Assembly: GCA_963749145.1 (NCBI GenBank) | Contig: CAVVLN010000002.1 | Location: forward strand, 272,952 to 336,951 | Direction: 5' to 3' | From: an uncultured Actinomycetota bacterium | Lineage (GTDB): Bacteria; Actinomycetota; Actinomycetes; Streptosporangiales; Streptosporangiaceae | DNA: 64,000 nucleotides | Shown here: in pieces, positions 48,029 to 57,681 of the stretch | How positions within the stretch are numbered: position 1 is the stretch's first letter | Layout of the letters: every line of letters starts with the position of its first letter | Translations under genes and position numbers: made by a program | The notes under the pieces: model-generated | Databases searched by the model: none | The model's input: only the letters and a program-made list of their open reading frames with translations | Told to the model about the DNA's origin: nothing

Positions 48029-48590
48029 GTGCTGATTTCCGCGGCAGAAGTACTAGTGGTCTGCACCGCGAACGTCTGCCGGTCGCCCATGGCCGCCGCG
48101 CTGCTCGACGCATAGCCTTTCTGAGCTGGGATTACCCGCGACGGTGCGTTCGGCGGGCATGCTCGCCGGCGGCGCGCCGCCGCCCCGCGAGGTGATCAGC
48201 GCCATGGCCGGCTACGGACTCGACGTATCGTCGCACCGCAGCCAGCCGATGACCCCCGAAATCCTGCAGGACGCCGACCTCACCCTCGCCATGGCCCGGG
48301 AGAACCTGCGTCATGCCGTCGTCACCGCGCCGCAGATATGGCCCCGGGCCTTCACGCTCCGTGAGCTCGTCCGCCGGGGTGAGGCGATCGGGCCCCGGTC
48401 ACCGGAGGAGAGCCTGGCCGGCTGGCTGGCCCGGGCCCACGAGGGGCGGGAGCGGGCGGCGCTGCTCGGCGACGGTCCCGACGACGACGTGGCCGACCCG
48501 ATCGGCGGGCCGCCGCACGCCTATGCCGAGACCGCAGCGATCCTCAGCGATCTGATCGACCGCCTGGTCGGCCTGTGCTGGGCCGCGTGA
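48029..48590 (+). pseudogene. Low-molecular-weight protein-tyrosine phosphatase with apparent frameshift after the P-loop
   Basis: GTG at 48029 gives VLISAAEVLVVCTANVCRSPMAAALLDA followed by a stop. The continuation HSLSELGLPATVRSAGMLAGG...DDDVADPIGG is one frame off (ORF 48144-48590). Confidence 0.8.
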
Positions 48591-48803
48591 GGGATTTTGC
48601 GCCTGGACGCTGCGCTGGCCGGAGACGACTCAGCCCGGCCTACGTGCTCCAGCGCGGCCACCCGGCACCGGTGAGCCTGCCCGCCGGTGATCGTGTGGCG
48701 CCTGTTAACCCAGCGATGACCTGGGGTTCCTGACGCCAGGTCCGCGGAGCGAGCGGTCATACAGCGGCAATGCGGGCGCGTCATACTAGGAGATGCGTAT
48801 GGC

Positions 48804-51630
48804 ATGCCTAGGGGTGGGGATTCCGGCATGGACCGTGATCGGCTGTCTGCGCGCCCGGCGGAGGTGTTCGTCGGTCGCCGGCCGGAATTGGCCGCGCTGG
48901 CCGCGGCCCTGGCCGCGGTGCGCGCGGGCGAGCCGCGGGTCGTGCTGATCCAGGGCGAGGCCGGGTTCGGCAAGTCGTCGCTCGTCGCCGAGTTCCTCGG
49001 CAGCGAGCACGGCGGGCCGGTCATCTCCGCCAGCGGCGATGAAGCCGAGGCATTACTGCCCTACGGCCTGGTGCAGCAACTCGCGGCCGGGGCGGCCGCG
49101 GTGTCGGCCGGGGCCCTGGCCGGCCTGGGGCTGCTCTCCGGCGGCCCGCGCCCGGACGCGGATCCGCTCGCGGTCGGCGTGGAACTGCTCGCGATGATCT
49201 CGGCCCTGCAGGAATGCGAGCCGGTCGCCGTGGTGGTCGAGGACCTGCAGTGGATTGACCTGGCGTCCGCGCGTGCCTTGCTCTTCGCCTGCCGTCGGCT
49301 CAGCGCCGATCGCGTGCTCGTGCTCCTCACCTGCCGGCCCGGCGGGATGTCGCAGCTCGGTGAGGGATGGGAACGCTTCGTGAGCGGCGATCGCCGCGCG
49401 TCCCGGCTCGTGCTCGGCGGACTCGACGCCGACGAGCTCGGCATGCTGTGCCGGGCCCTCGGGCGCACCGGGCTGTCCGAGCGGATCATCCGGAGGCTGA
49501 CGGAGCATACCGGCGGCAGTCCGCTGCTCGCCCGCGCGCTGCTCGCGGACCTGACCGACGAAGCAGCTGAGAGCCCCGGACAGCGCGGCGCGGGCGGGCA
49601 GGTCCGTGGCGGACGTGATTCAGCCGCGGCTGGCCGCGCTACCGCAGGCCGCTCGCGACTTCGTGGCGGCCGCGTCGGTGCTCGGGGACCACGGCAATCT
49701 CGCCGACGTCGCCGCGGTGGCCGGCACGGCCGCCCCGGCGGCGGCACTCGGCCAGGCCGAGCGGGCGGGACTGCTGCTCGAGCAGGAGATCCCGTCCGGC
49801 TGGCGGGTCTGCTTCGCGCATCCGCTGGTCCGCCAGGCCGTGTACGCCGGCCTCGGGGCGCAGCGGCGGCGGGCGCTGCATCTGCGCGCCGCCGCGGTCG
49901 TGGGGGGCGAGGAGGCGCTCGGTCATCGCGCCGCCGCGGCCGCCGGCGCCGACCGTGAGCTCGCATCCGACCTGGACCAGGCGGCCGACCGCGCGGCCGC
50001 CGCCGGGAAGCTGCGCCTGGCCGCGCGCTACCGGCAGCAGGCCGCCGCGGTGACCGGGGGCGGTCCCGAGCGGGACGAGCGCACGCTGTCGTCATTTGAG
50101 CTGCTGATCCGGGCCGCCGACGCGGTGCAGGCCGAGGCCGCGCGGTCGGCGGTCGAGCAGCTTCCCGCCAGCGCCCGCAGGGATGCGGCCCTGGGCCAGC
50201 TCGCGCTGCTGGGGGCGCGGCCGCTGGAAGCCCGGGCCCTGCTGCGGGCGGCCTGGGACGCTCACGACCCCGCGCGGGAGGCGGCCGGAGGCGCGGAGGC
50301 CGCGCTCGGGCTCGGCATTCTGTCCGGGATATCCGGGTCGTTCACCGAGTCCACCATGTGGCTGGATCGCGCCCTGGGCCGCGCCACCGGCAGCGAGCCC
50401 TGGTACGACGCCGCCTGCAGCATGCGGGCCATACCGTTCACGCTCAGCGGCGAAGGCGACAAGGCGCTCGGGCTGTTCCGCGACCTGCCCGAGCGGGCGG
50501 CGATGGTGCCCATCGCGCGAACCGATTCGGTCACCTACCGCGGCCTGGTCAAGCTGTGGACCGGTGACCTGCCGGGGGCGATCGACGACCTGGCCCTGGC
50601 GGTGAGCCGGATCAGGGCCGGGCTCCAGGTGCGGTTTCCCGGCCAGCCGCTGGCCTTTCTCGCCGAGGCCGAGTTCCGGCGCGGCCGCTGGGACGACTGC
50701 CAGGACCACGCCGAGCTGGCCGTGTCGCTGGCCCGCGACGCGGACCGCCACTACGACCTGCCCTTCGTGCACAGCGCGGCGGCCAGGGTGCCCGCCTGCC
50801 GCGGCGACTGGGCGGTCGCCGCCAGCCACGTCGAAGCCGCGGAAGAGGCGGCGCGCACCTTCGGCGGCTTCGCCGAGATCTTCGCCGCCTCCGCGCGCTG
50901 CATCCTGGGCCTCGCCCGGGATGATCCGGGCGAGGCGCTCCGCGGCGCGGATATGGCGCTGGCCGTGCCGGAGATCGACTACTACGACGACCCGGCGGCG
51001 TTCTGGTGGCGCCCGCTGCAGATCTGGGCCCTGATCCGCACCGGCCGGCTCGGCGATGCCGGGGCCGTCCTCGGCGCGTTCGAGTCCCGCGCGGCCGAGC
51101 GCAGCGAGGCTCTGGCTCTGCTCAACGCGGCGTGGCTGCGTGGCCTGCTGGCCATGGCGCACGGCGAACTGGAACACGCCGACCAGGCGCTCCGGGACGG
51201 CTGTCACGCCGCCGAAGCCGGGCTCTTCCCGTTCCACCGCGGGCTGCTGAGCCTCGAGCACGGCCGGTGCCTGGCCCGGCTGCAGCAGCGCCGGGCCGCG
51301 ATCGCCGCGGTCCGCGCCGCAGATGACGTTTTCACCGCCCTGGCCGCCCGCCCGTTCATGCAGGCCGCCGAGGCCGAGCTCGCCGCGCTGGGCGTCCCGC
51401 CGCATCGCGACCGCGATCCCGACCTGCCCGGGCTGACCGGGCAAGAACTCCGGGTGGCGCGGCTGGTGGCATCGGGGTTGTCCAACCGCGAGGCGGCGGC
51501 GCAGCTGTACCTGAGTCCCAGGACCGTCGAGTATCACCTGGCGAATGTCTTCACCAAGCTGGGGGTGGGCAGCCGTCACCAGCTGGCGGCCCGCATCCGC
51601 GGCCGTGGCGGGCTCGAGGCGCCTACCTAG
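48804..51630 (+). pseudogene. Large ATP-binding LuxR-family (LAL-type) regulator with apparent frameshift
   Basis: N-terminal AAA region FVGRRPELAAL...LIQGEAGFGKSSL is in ORF 48804-49958. The frame changes near 49560. The remainder (to 51630) has TPR-like helices and the LuxR HTH LTGQELRVARLVASGLSNREAAAQLYLSPRTVEYHLANVFTKLGV. Confidence 0.8.
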
Positions 51631-51872
51631 GGAAAAACCCAGTACCATCCCGGACGCCGGCCACGCGGGCGGGTCCGTAGCCTGCCGGCGTAGGGATAGG
51701 CCTGGGGAGGCCTGACCCGGAACTGACCGCAGGTGATGTGTCCGGGGATCAGGAAGGCGCCCGCTGGCGGTACGGGGGCTGGCATGTATCAAGCACCCAT
51801 GGGCCTGCTCTGTTCGTGTGAGCGTCCAGTACCGGGCGCTCATCGAGGCCGACAACCAAATGGGGGGTCATC

Positions 51873-52109
51873 ATGGCTTGGTTCTGGCTGAACGTTCCGC
51901 TCATGGCGCTGTGCCTGGGCGCCTGGGCAGGGATCCCGCTGTTGCTTACGCTCACCCGCTGGCACGCCGAGCTGAACGCCAAGAACGCCGCGCTCGCGGC
52001 GCAGGCCGCTGCTGTGCCGGTCATCGCGCAGCCGGCTCCGGCCATGGCGGCCGCGCGCGAAACCGCCGGCCCGGTCTACGCGGGAGTTGCTAACGGGCCG
52101 GGGCGCTGA
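51873..52109 (+). CDS. Small hypothetical membrane protein
   Basis: 78 aa with one clear TM segment (WFWLNVPLMALCLGAWAGIPLLLTL). A purine-rich stretch precedes the ATG. No homology is recognised. Confidence 0.4.
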   Translation: MAWFWLNVPLMALCLGAWAGIPLLLTLTRWHAELNAKNAALAAQAAAVPVIAQPAPAMAAARETAGPVYAGVANGPGR

Positions 52110-52138
52110 GGTCCGCCGCCGGGCCAGCCCGCCAGCTC

Positions 52139-52633
52139 ATGCCCGCGCCCGGGCCGCCGGGCCCTCTCGCTCGCCTGCAGGAGACCGCGAGGCGCCTCGG
52201 CATCACCATGCTCGACGGCGCGGCCGGTGCCAGCCCGTGGCCGGATGACGGCACCGCCGCGATCGTCGGCTTCGGCGAGCAGATCGCTATCAACCCGGGC
52301 CTCGGCGACGACGGCCTGCGCGCCGACGTCCTGGCCATGGCCCTGATCGCCGCGGCCGTTATGGGCGACTGCGACGCCGGTCACCCCTGCGCGATCACCG
52401 CGCCGGGCGGCCTGGTCCTGATCTCCCGGATCCGCGTCCCGCATCCCGCGCCAGGGCCCGGCAGGCTCGCCACCCTGCTGGCCCGCGCGTGCGGCCGCGA
52501 CACCGCTTCCGCCGCGTTCGAGTACACCATGCCGGCGGCGGAGCCAACGGCGGCTGCCTCGCCCTGCGCCTCGGCGCCGAAGAGACTGTCCGGCTTGACC
52601 GGTCAGACGACTGACCTAAGCCGGTCTGGGTGA
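52139..52633 (+). CDS. Hypothetical protein
   Basis: 164-aa ORF with consistently G/C-ending codons. No family is recognised. Confidence 0.5.
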   Translation: MPAPGPPGPLARLQETARRLGITMLDGAAGASPWPDDGTAAIVGFGEQIAINPGLGDDGLRADVLAMALIAAAVMGDCDAGHPCAITAPGGLVLISRIRVPHPAPGPGRLATLLARACGRDTASAAFEYTMPAAEPTAAASPCASAPKRLSGLTGQTTDLSRSG

Positions 52634-53119
52634 CGTCGGCCGAGACGATCCTGCCGCCACCACGGTGTCCGTGCGGGTGTGGTAGCGGACCACGCCAGCA
52701 CAGTCATCGGTCGCGGCCAGGTTGAAGCTGACCTGATCGCCGGACTCTCTCAGCTCGGTGAGCTGCTGGCTGCCGGCGCAGGCGTAGCCGGACACGAACT
52801 GCTGGTAGGTCTGGCCGGTGACCGCGCCCGAGCTGAGCAGCGCCCACGCCTCCGGGTAGTTGCCCGACTCGACGTCGCCGCAGTACGCCAACACCACGCC
52901 CCACGGGTCGGTGACGTTCGGCACCGGGCTGGGCGCAGGGGCCGACGTGGTGGCTGGCGGGGTTGTCGGCGACGGAGTGACCGGTACCACCTCCTTGATG
53001 ATCGTCTTGGTCACGGTCGGAGCGCGTGACGGCGCAGCGGCCGGATGCGGAGCCGACCCACCGCTCGCCGCCATGGCCATGGCGGCCGCGAAGATCAGGG
53101 CAATCAGAACAGATTTCAT
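52616..53119 (-). CDS. Secreted hypothetical protein
   Basis: The inner ATG (complement of 53117-53119) is preceded by AGGAGG. The signal peptide is MKSVLIALIFAAAMAMAASGG. A Pro/Thr linker and a Cys-containing globular domain follow. Confidence 0.65.
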   Translation of the reverse strand: MKSVLIALIFAAAMAMAASGGSAPHPAAAPSRAPTVTKTIIKEVVPVTPSPTTPPATTSAPAPSPVPNVTDPWGVVLAYCGDVESGNYPEAWALLSSGAVTGQTYQQFVSGYACAGSQQLTELRESGDQVSFNLAATDDCAGVVRYHTRTDTVVAAGSSRPTSPRPA

Positions 53120-53577
53120 CGCCCACCTCCTGAGAGCCGGCGACAGAAACGCTGCGACGCCGCGCCTGGCGCGCATGACGACCCCGGGCCGCACGGTGCT
53201 GCCCGCTGGTACCGGCTCCGGTACAGCCCGGCCAGCAGACCGCAGGCCGGAACCAGCACGCCGACGGCGAGCGTCACGCGCAGGGAAAAGGCCTGCATGA
53301 CGGCCGCGGGGGAAAGGTCGCGGGTGACCCACGCTGACGCCAGCATGCCGCAAATCCAGACGATAATGTCGTAACTGAGTTCCGCGGCCGTACGGCTAAT
53401 CCGCTGCCGAATACGGGCGATATCAGCCTGCCGCGGCTGCATACTGCCACACAGCGCACCGTTACTCACGAAATCCCCGTTCCCGTCGGCTTCCTGAATC
53501 AGCGCGGTTGCGCGGCGTGGCTTGAACTGGCATCCGGCCGCCGCGTCCGCTACATTACTCTGCGTGCTGCGGAACAT
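53116..53577 (-). CDS. Hypothetical membrane protein (two TM helices)
   Basis: 153 aa. The helices are YDIIVWICGMLASAWV and LAVGVLVPACGLLAGLY. It has an ATGA overlap with the downstream secreted-protein gene. The GLYRSRY segment resembles N-terminal regions of CapD/WbpM-type proteins, but no catalytic domain follows. Confidence 0.45.
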   Translation of the reverse strand: MFRSTQSNVADAAAGCQFKPRRATALIQEADGNGDFVSNGALCGSMQPRQADIARIRQRISRTAAELSYDIIVWICGMLASAWVTRDLSPAAVMQAFSLRVTLAVGVLVPACGLLAGLYRSRYQRAAPCGPGSSCAPGAASQRFCRRLSGGGR

Positions 53578-53636
53578 GCGTTAAGTAGTTAGAAGAAAAA
53601 ACGGCCCAAGAAAATCGGGCAGGGCCGGGCCAAAAA

Positions 53637-54689
53637 ATGGCTTTGAGGGGGAAACAGAGAATGTCCGACACTTCTACAGACTTCTACACGCGGCAGGCCG
53701 CCGAAGCGCGCGGGCCCGAGTCGCAGGGCCCGCCGAAGCGGAAGAAGCGGCTGAAGAAGATACTGATCGCGTCCGGCGTCAGCATCGTGCTGGTGATCGG
53801 CGCCGTGGTCGGCGCCGGCTTGTTGTACGTGAACAACCTGGCCAGCCGGGTGCACCGGATACCGGTGCTCGCGCTGGACGCGAAGGACCAGCCGGCCGAG
53901 CTGGCCGGAAGCATGACGATCCTGCTGACCGACACCCAGGTGATACCCGGCAACGACACCGACACCGGCCTGGTCGAACTGCTGCACCTCAACGCCAGCC
54001 AGAACCGTGGCGGCGTGGTGTCGATCCCAGCTAACGCCGAGGTCAGCGTGCCCGGCCACGGGAAGATGGAGATCGGCCAAACGCTGGATATCGGCGGGCC
54101 CTCGCTGATGGTGAAGACCATTGAGCAGCTCACCGGCGACCGGATCAACCACTACTCGGCGATCGACTTCGCCGCGCTACCCGACGTGATCGGTGCGCTG
54201 GGCGGGGTCAACGTGGACGTGCCGTACACCGTCACCAGCGTCGGCTTCACGTTCCACCGCGGGATCAACCACCTCAACGCCGCGGACGCGCTCGCCTACG
54301 CGCGCCAGCCGGGAGTCAGCGAGATCGGCCGCGAGGAACTCCAGGAGAACCTGCTCCGGGCGATCCTGGACAAGATCGGCCGCGACGACCTGTTCCGGCC
54401 GGGTCACGACATCGCTCTGCTGGACGCCGTGGTCAACGCGGTCAGCGTGGACAGCAATATGTCCAACTCGCAGATCGAATCGCTGGCCTTGCGCCTGGCC
54501 GACCTGCGCGGGCGGGACGGCACGTTCGTGGACGCCGCCACCCGGCACAGCACGCGCAACTTCGGGGACCAGCCGGTGCTGCTCAACAAGAGCATCGACC
54601 GGCAGCTGTGGCTGGCGATCAGGGATGACAACATCGCGGGCTTCGCGCAGCGGTTCCCGGGCACCGTCACGCCGGGCGCGCCAGGCTGA
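53637..54689 (+). CDS. LytR-CpsA-Psr (LCP) family cell-wall glycopolymer transferase
   Basis: The protein has an N-terminal TM anchor (ILIASGVSIVLVIGAVVGAGLLYV). LCP core blocks are MTILLTDTQ, RINHYSAIDFAALPDVIGALGGVNVDVP and LAYARQ. An alternative ATG is at 53661, with GGGGGA upstream. Confidence 0.9.
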   Translation: MALRGKQRMSDTSTDFYTRQAAEARGPESQGPPKRKKRLKKILIASGVSIVLVIGAVVGAGLLYVNNLASRVHRIPVLALDAKDQPAELAGSMTILLTDTQVIPGNDTDTGLVELLHLNASQNRGGVVSIPANAEVSVPGHGKMEIGQTLDIGGPSLMVKTIEQLTGDRINHYSAIDFAALPDVIGALGGVNVDVPYTVTSVGFTFHRGINHLNAADALAYARQPGVSEIGREELQENLLRAILDKIGRDDLFRPGHDIALLDAVVNAVSVDSNMSNSQIESLALRLADLRGRDGTFVDAATRHSTRNFGDQPVLLNKSIDRQLWLAIRDDNIAGFAQRFPGTVTPGAPG

Positions 54690-54711
54690 TCGGCACGCGG
54701 TAACGCCGCTG

Positions 54712-54735
54712 GGGCGGCCCCGAACGGGGCCGCCC
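54712..54735 (+). terminator. Perfect 10-bp GC stem / 4-nt loop hairpin downstream of the LCP gene
   Basis: gggcggcccc gaac ggggccgccc, read directly, 23 nt after the stop. There is no T-tract, which is common in high-GC actinomycetes. Confidence 0.5.
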
Positions 54736-54809
54736 GGCTGCGCCCGGGTTAGCCTTTCAGCGGGTAAGGCTGCCACCGGGGGCAGACAGCACAGCGGATA
54801 GGTGAGTTA

Positions 54810-55601
54810 ATGCGGGACATGAGGCCGGAAATCGGCTCCTTCGTCGCGCTGGGGGACAGCTTTACGGAGGGCCTCGGGGATCCATACCCGGATGGGACGG
54901 GTCACCGGGGCATGGGCTATCGCGGCTGGGCGGACCGGTTCGCCCAGCGGCTCGCGGCCGAGCGCCCGGGCCTGCGCTACGCGAACCTCGCGGTACGGGG
55001 AAGGGTCGTTGCCGACGTCGCGGCTGATCAGGTGCCCCTCGCCATTGCCATGGCGCCCGACCTGGTCAGCATCGCGGCCGGAGGCAACGACCTGCTCCGC
55101 CCCGGCGCGGACCCCGACGCGCTGGCCCTGGCCTTCGAGGCGATCATCGCGGACCTGCGCGCGACCTGCGGCCAGGTCATCGTGTTCACCGGGTTCGACC
55201 CGCGCACGTTCCCGCTGATCCGGCTGATCCGCGGCAAGGTGGCGGCCTACAACATGCACCTGCGCGCGATTGCCGACCGCTTGGAGTGCCACCTGGTGGA
55301 CCTGTGGTCGATGCGGGTGCTCGACGACCCGCGCGAGTGGAGCCCGGACCGGCTGCACCTGAGCTCGGACGGGCACCGCCGCGTGGCCCTGCGGGCCTGC
55401 GAGGTCATGGGCCTGAGCGTGGAAGAGGACTGGCGCGAGCCGCTGCCGCCCCGGCTCACCCCGGAAGCCTGGCTGGCGGCCCGGCGCCAGGACGCGCGCT
55501 GGGCCCGGCAGCACGCCGTGCCCTGGGCCAGCCGGCGGCTGCGCGGCGCCTCCTCCGGCGACGGCATCGCGCCCAAGCGCCCCGAACTGCTCCCCCTGTA
55601 G
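54810..55601 (+). CDS. SGNH/GDSL-family hydrolase
   Basis: Block I ALGDSFTEG, block III GGNDLL, block V DRLHLS. 263 aa. Confidence 0.9.
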   Translation: MRDMRPEIGSFVALGDSFTEGLGDPYPDGTGHRGMGYRGWADRFAQRLAAERPGLRYANLAVRGRVVADVAADQVPLAIAMAPDLVSIAAGGNDLLRPGADPDALALAFEAIIADLRATCGQVIVFTGFDPRTFPLIRLIRGKVAAYNMHLRAIADRLECHLVDLWSMRVLDDPREWSPDRLHLSSDGHRRVALRACEVMGLSVEEDWREPLPPRLTPEAWLAARRQDARWARQHAVPWASRRLRGASSGDGIAPKRPELLPL

Positions 55602-55636
55602 GGGCACGCCCGGCGCTGGCCGACAGCTACACGGAG

Positions 55637-56455
55637 CTACGCCCAGATGGTCATGCCGACCGGCATGTCCGCGTTCCAGTCGCCGGCGTCGATGTACTGG
55701 CTTTCCATCGCGCCGAAGCCCTGCGAGCGGTTCGTCGCGGTCAGCCAGATGACCTGGTCCACCGGCATGCTGTGCTGCTGCGCGAACGCCAGCAGCGAGG
55801 TGTTGGCCGGCGCGGCATAGGCCTGCGGCGTGGGCTGGGCGGCGACGGGCGCGTAGCTGGCGATCCAGGCCTGCAGGTCGGCCTCGGTGCCGTTGAACGC
55901 GTCGGTGTCCACGCCGTTACGCTGCCCCCACTGCCAGAATTTCCAGTTGGACCACGGCAGCGGCGGCTTGGGCGCCGACGAGTTGGGATAGGCGAGCCAC
56001 AGCGGCCACTTGTCCAGGCCGACGCAGTTGCCGGCCGTGGCGAAGCTGATGAACGTGTAGACCCCGCGGGGATTGTTCGGCATCAGCTTGTCGAGTTCGG
56101 TCATGAACGCCACCGCCTGGGCCGCCACTTGCGCGGCGGGCGGGCCGCCGGTCTCATGGTCGAGCCACAGCATGTCGGTGTCCGAGAGGCCGATTTTCGC
56201 GCGCTGGGTGACGAAGTACTGGGCCTGCGCCTCGCCGGACAATGTCGGGTCGAAGAAGTGGTAGGCCCCGCGGGCGAGCCCGTGCGCCTTGATCTGCTGG
56301 TTGTTCCACGGCGCGTCGGGATCTGGCGAGTTCACGTTGTTGCCGAGCCCCTGCGTCATGCGGAAGACGCCGAAGGACAACCCGGAAATGGAGGACCAGT
56401 TGAACTGTCCCTGGTAGTTGCTGACGTCAAGCCCTTGCGCGCTCTGCACACCCAT
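55637..56455 (-). CDS. Glycoside hydrolase family 25 muramidase (lysozyme) with an extra C-terminal domain; no signal peptide
   Basis: Starting at the inner ATG (MGVQSAQ), the motifs are GLDVSNYQG, GAYHF and LWLDHE. The longest ORF extends to 56521. Confidence 0.8.
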   Translation of the reverse strand: MGVQSAQGLDVSNYQGQFNWSSISGLSFGVFRMTQGLGNNVNSPDPDAPWNNQQIKAHGLARGAYHFFDPTLSGEAQAQYFVTQRAKIGLSDTDMLWLDHETGGPPAAQVAAQAVAFMTELDKLMPNNPRGVYTFISFATAGNCVGLDKWPLWLAYPNSSAPKPPLPWSNWKFWQWGQRNGVDTDAFNGTEADLQAWIASYAPVAAQPTPQAYAAPANTSLLAFAQQHSMPVDQVIWLTATNRSQGFGAMESQYIDAGDWNADMPVGMTIWA

Positions 56456-56917
56456 TCTGCCGCCCCTTTTCCATTGCACCGGCCTGTTGACCAGCATACC
56501 TTTTTGAGTCGGCGCGGGCAATGGACTTAATGGACCTTTAATAACCGCAGGAATGCTTATTCATCAATTGACTCGGCCATTAATGCGAGAAAGGCTGGCC
56601 GTAGTGCGGAATGCCGCAGGCATGAGCGGATTCGGCATGATGAGCGGTGACGCGGCGGGCATGCGCCGATGCGGCGGGGATGCGTCCGGACGTGATCGGA
56701 CTGGCTGCGCACATGGCGGACCCGGGGTGTCATGGAGGGAACCTCAACGCTGGGCCTGCGGCCCACCCAGGGTGGCCGACTCGCACCCTCGATCGCCGGC
56801 TCTTCGGCAGGACATCACCCGGGTCCAGTTCTCACGCTACGCCCGGCGGGCCGCCGAGTCACTGGGTGGGTTCAGGAGTTCGGGAACGCGTCACTGGCCT
56901 GGCCGAGGCTGGCCGGC

Positions 56918-57562
56918 TCAGGAGTTCAGGAACGCCAGCACCGCGAGCACCCGCCGGTTGTCGTCGTTCGACGGGGCCAGGTCCAGCTTGGCGAAGATGT
57001 TCGTGCTGTGCTTGCCCACGGCCTTCTCCGAGATGAACAGCCGCTGCGCGATCGCGCTGTTGGACCGGCCCTCGGCCATGAGCTCGAGCACCTCGCGCTC
57101 CCGCGCGGTCAGCCGGGTGATCGGCTCGTCCCGGGAGCGCCGGCCGAGCAGCTTGGAGACCACCTCGGGGTCCATGACCGTGCCGCCGCCGGCCACGGTG
57201 CGGATCGCGTCGACGAACTGGTCGTCGTTGAACACCCGGTCCTTGAGCAGGTAGCCCACCGCGCCGGCCTGGTCGGCCAGCAGCTCGCGGGCGTATAGCT
57301 GCTCGACGTACTGAGACAGCACCAGCACCGGCAGGCCGGGAATCTCGCGCCGGGCCTCCAGCGCGGCGCGCAGCCCGTCATCGGTGAACGTCGGTGGCAG
57401 CCGGACGTCGACCACCGCGACGTCCGGCTTGTGCTCGAGCAGCGCGCGCAGCAGGCCCGGCGCGTTGTCGACCGCGGCCGCGACCTCGAAGTCGTGGGCC
57501 TCCAGCAGCCGGATCAGTCCCTCCCTCAGGAGGAAGAGGTCCTCGGCGATGACAGCGCGCAC
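56918..57562 (-). CDS. NarL/FixJ-type response regulator (REC domain plus LuxR HTH)
   Basis: GTG start. The REC domain reads [13 protein letters not shown]...[12 protein letters not shown]. The HTH reads [43 protein letters not shown]. Confidence 0.9.
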   Translation of the reverse strand: MRAVIAEDLFLLREGLIRLLEAHDFEVAAAVDNAPGLLRALLEHKPDVAVVDVRLPPTFTDDGLRAALEARREIPGLPVLVLSQYVEQLYARELLADQAGAVGYLLKDRVFNDDQFVDAIRTVAGGGTVMDPEVVSKLLGRRSRDEPITRLTAREREVLELMAEGRSNSAIAQRLFISEKAVGKHSTNIFAKLDLAPSNDDNRRVLAVLAFLNS

Positions 57563-57681
57563 GGTATCTCCACGATGATCATGGTCGGGCCGGCCGGCGG
57601 GGGCGGCTCACGGCAGGATGCCATCGAACGTACTCCGGCGGCGCCCGATGCCCCGCCGTCCGCCCCGCAGGCCGCCTCGCC

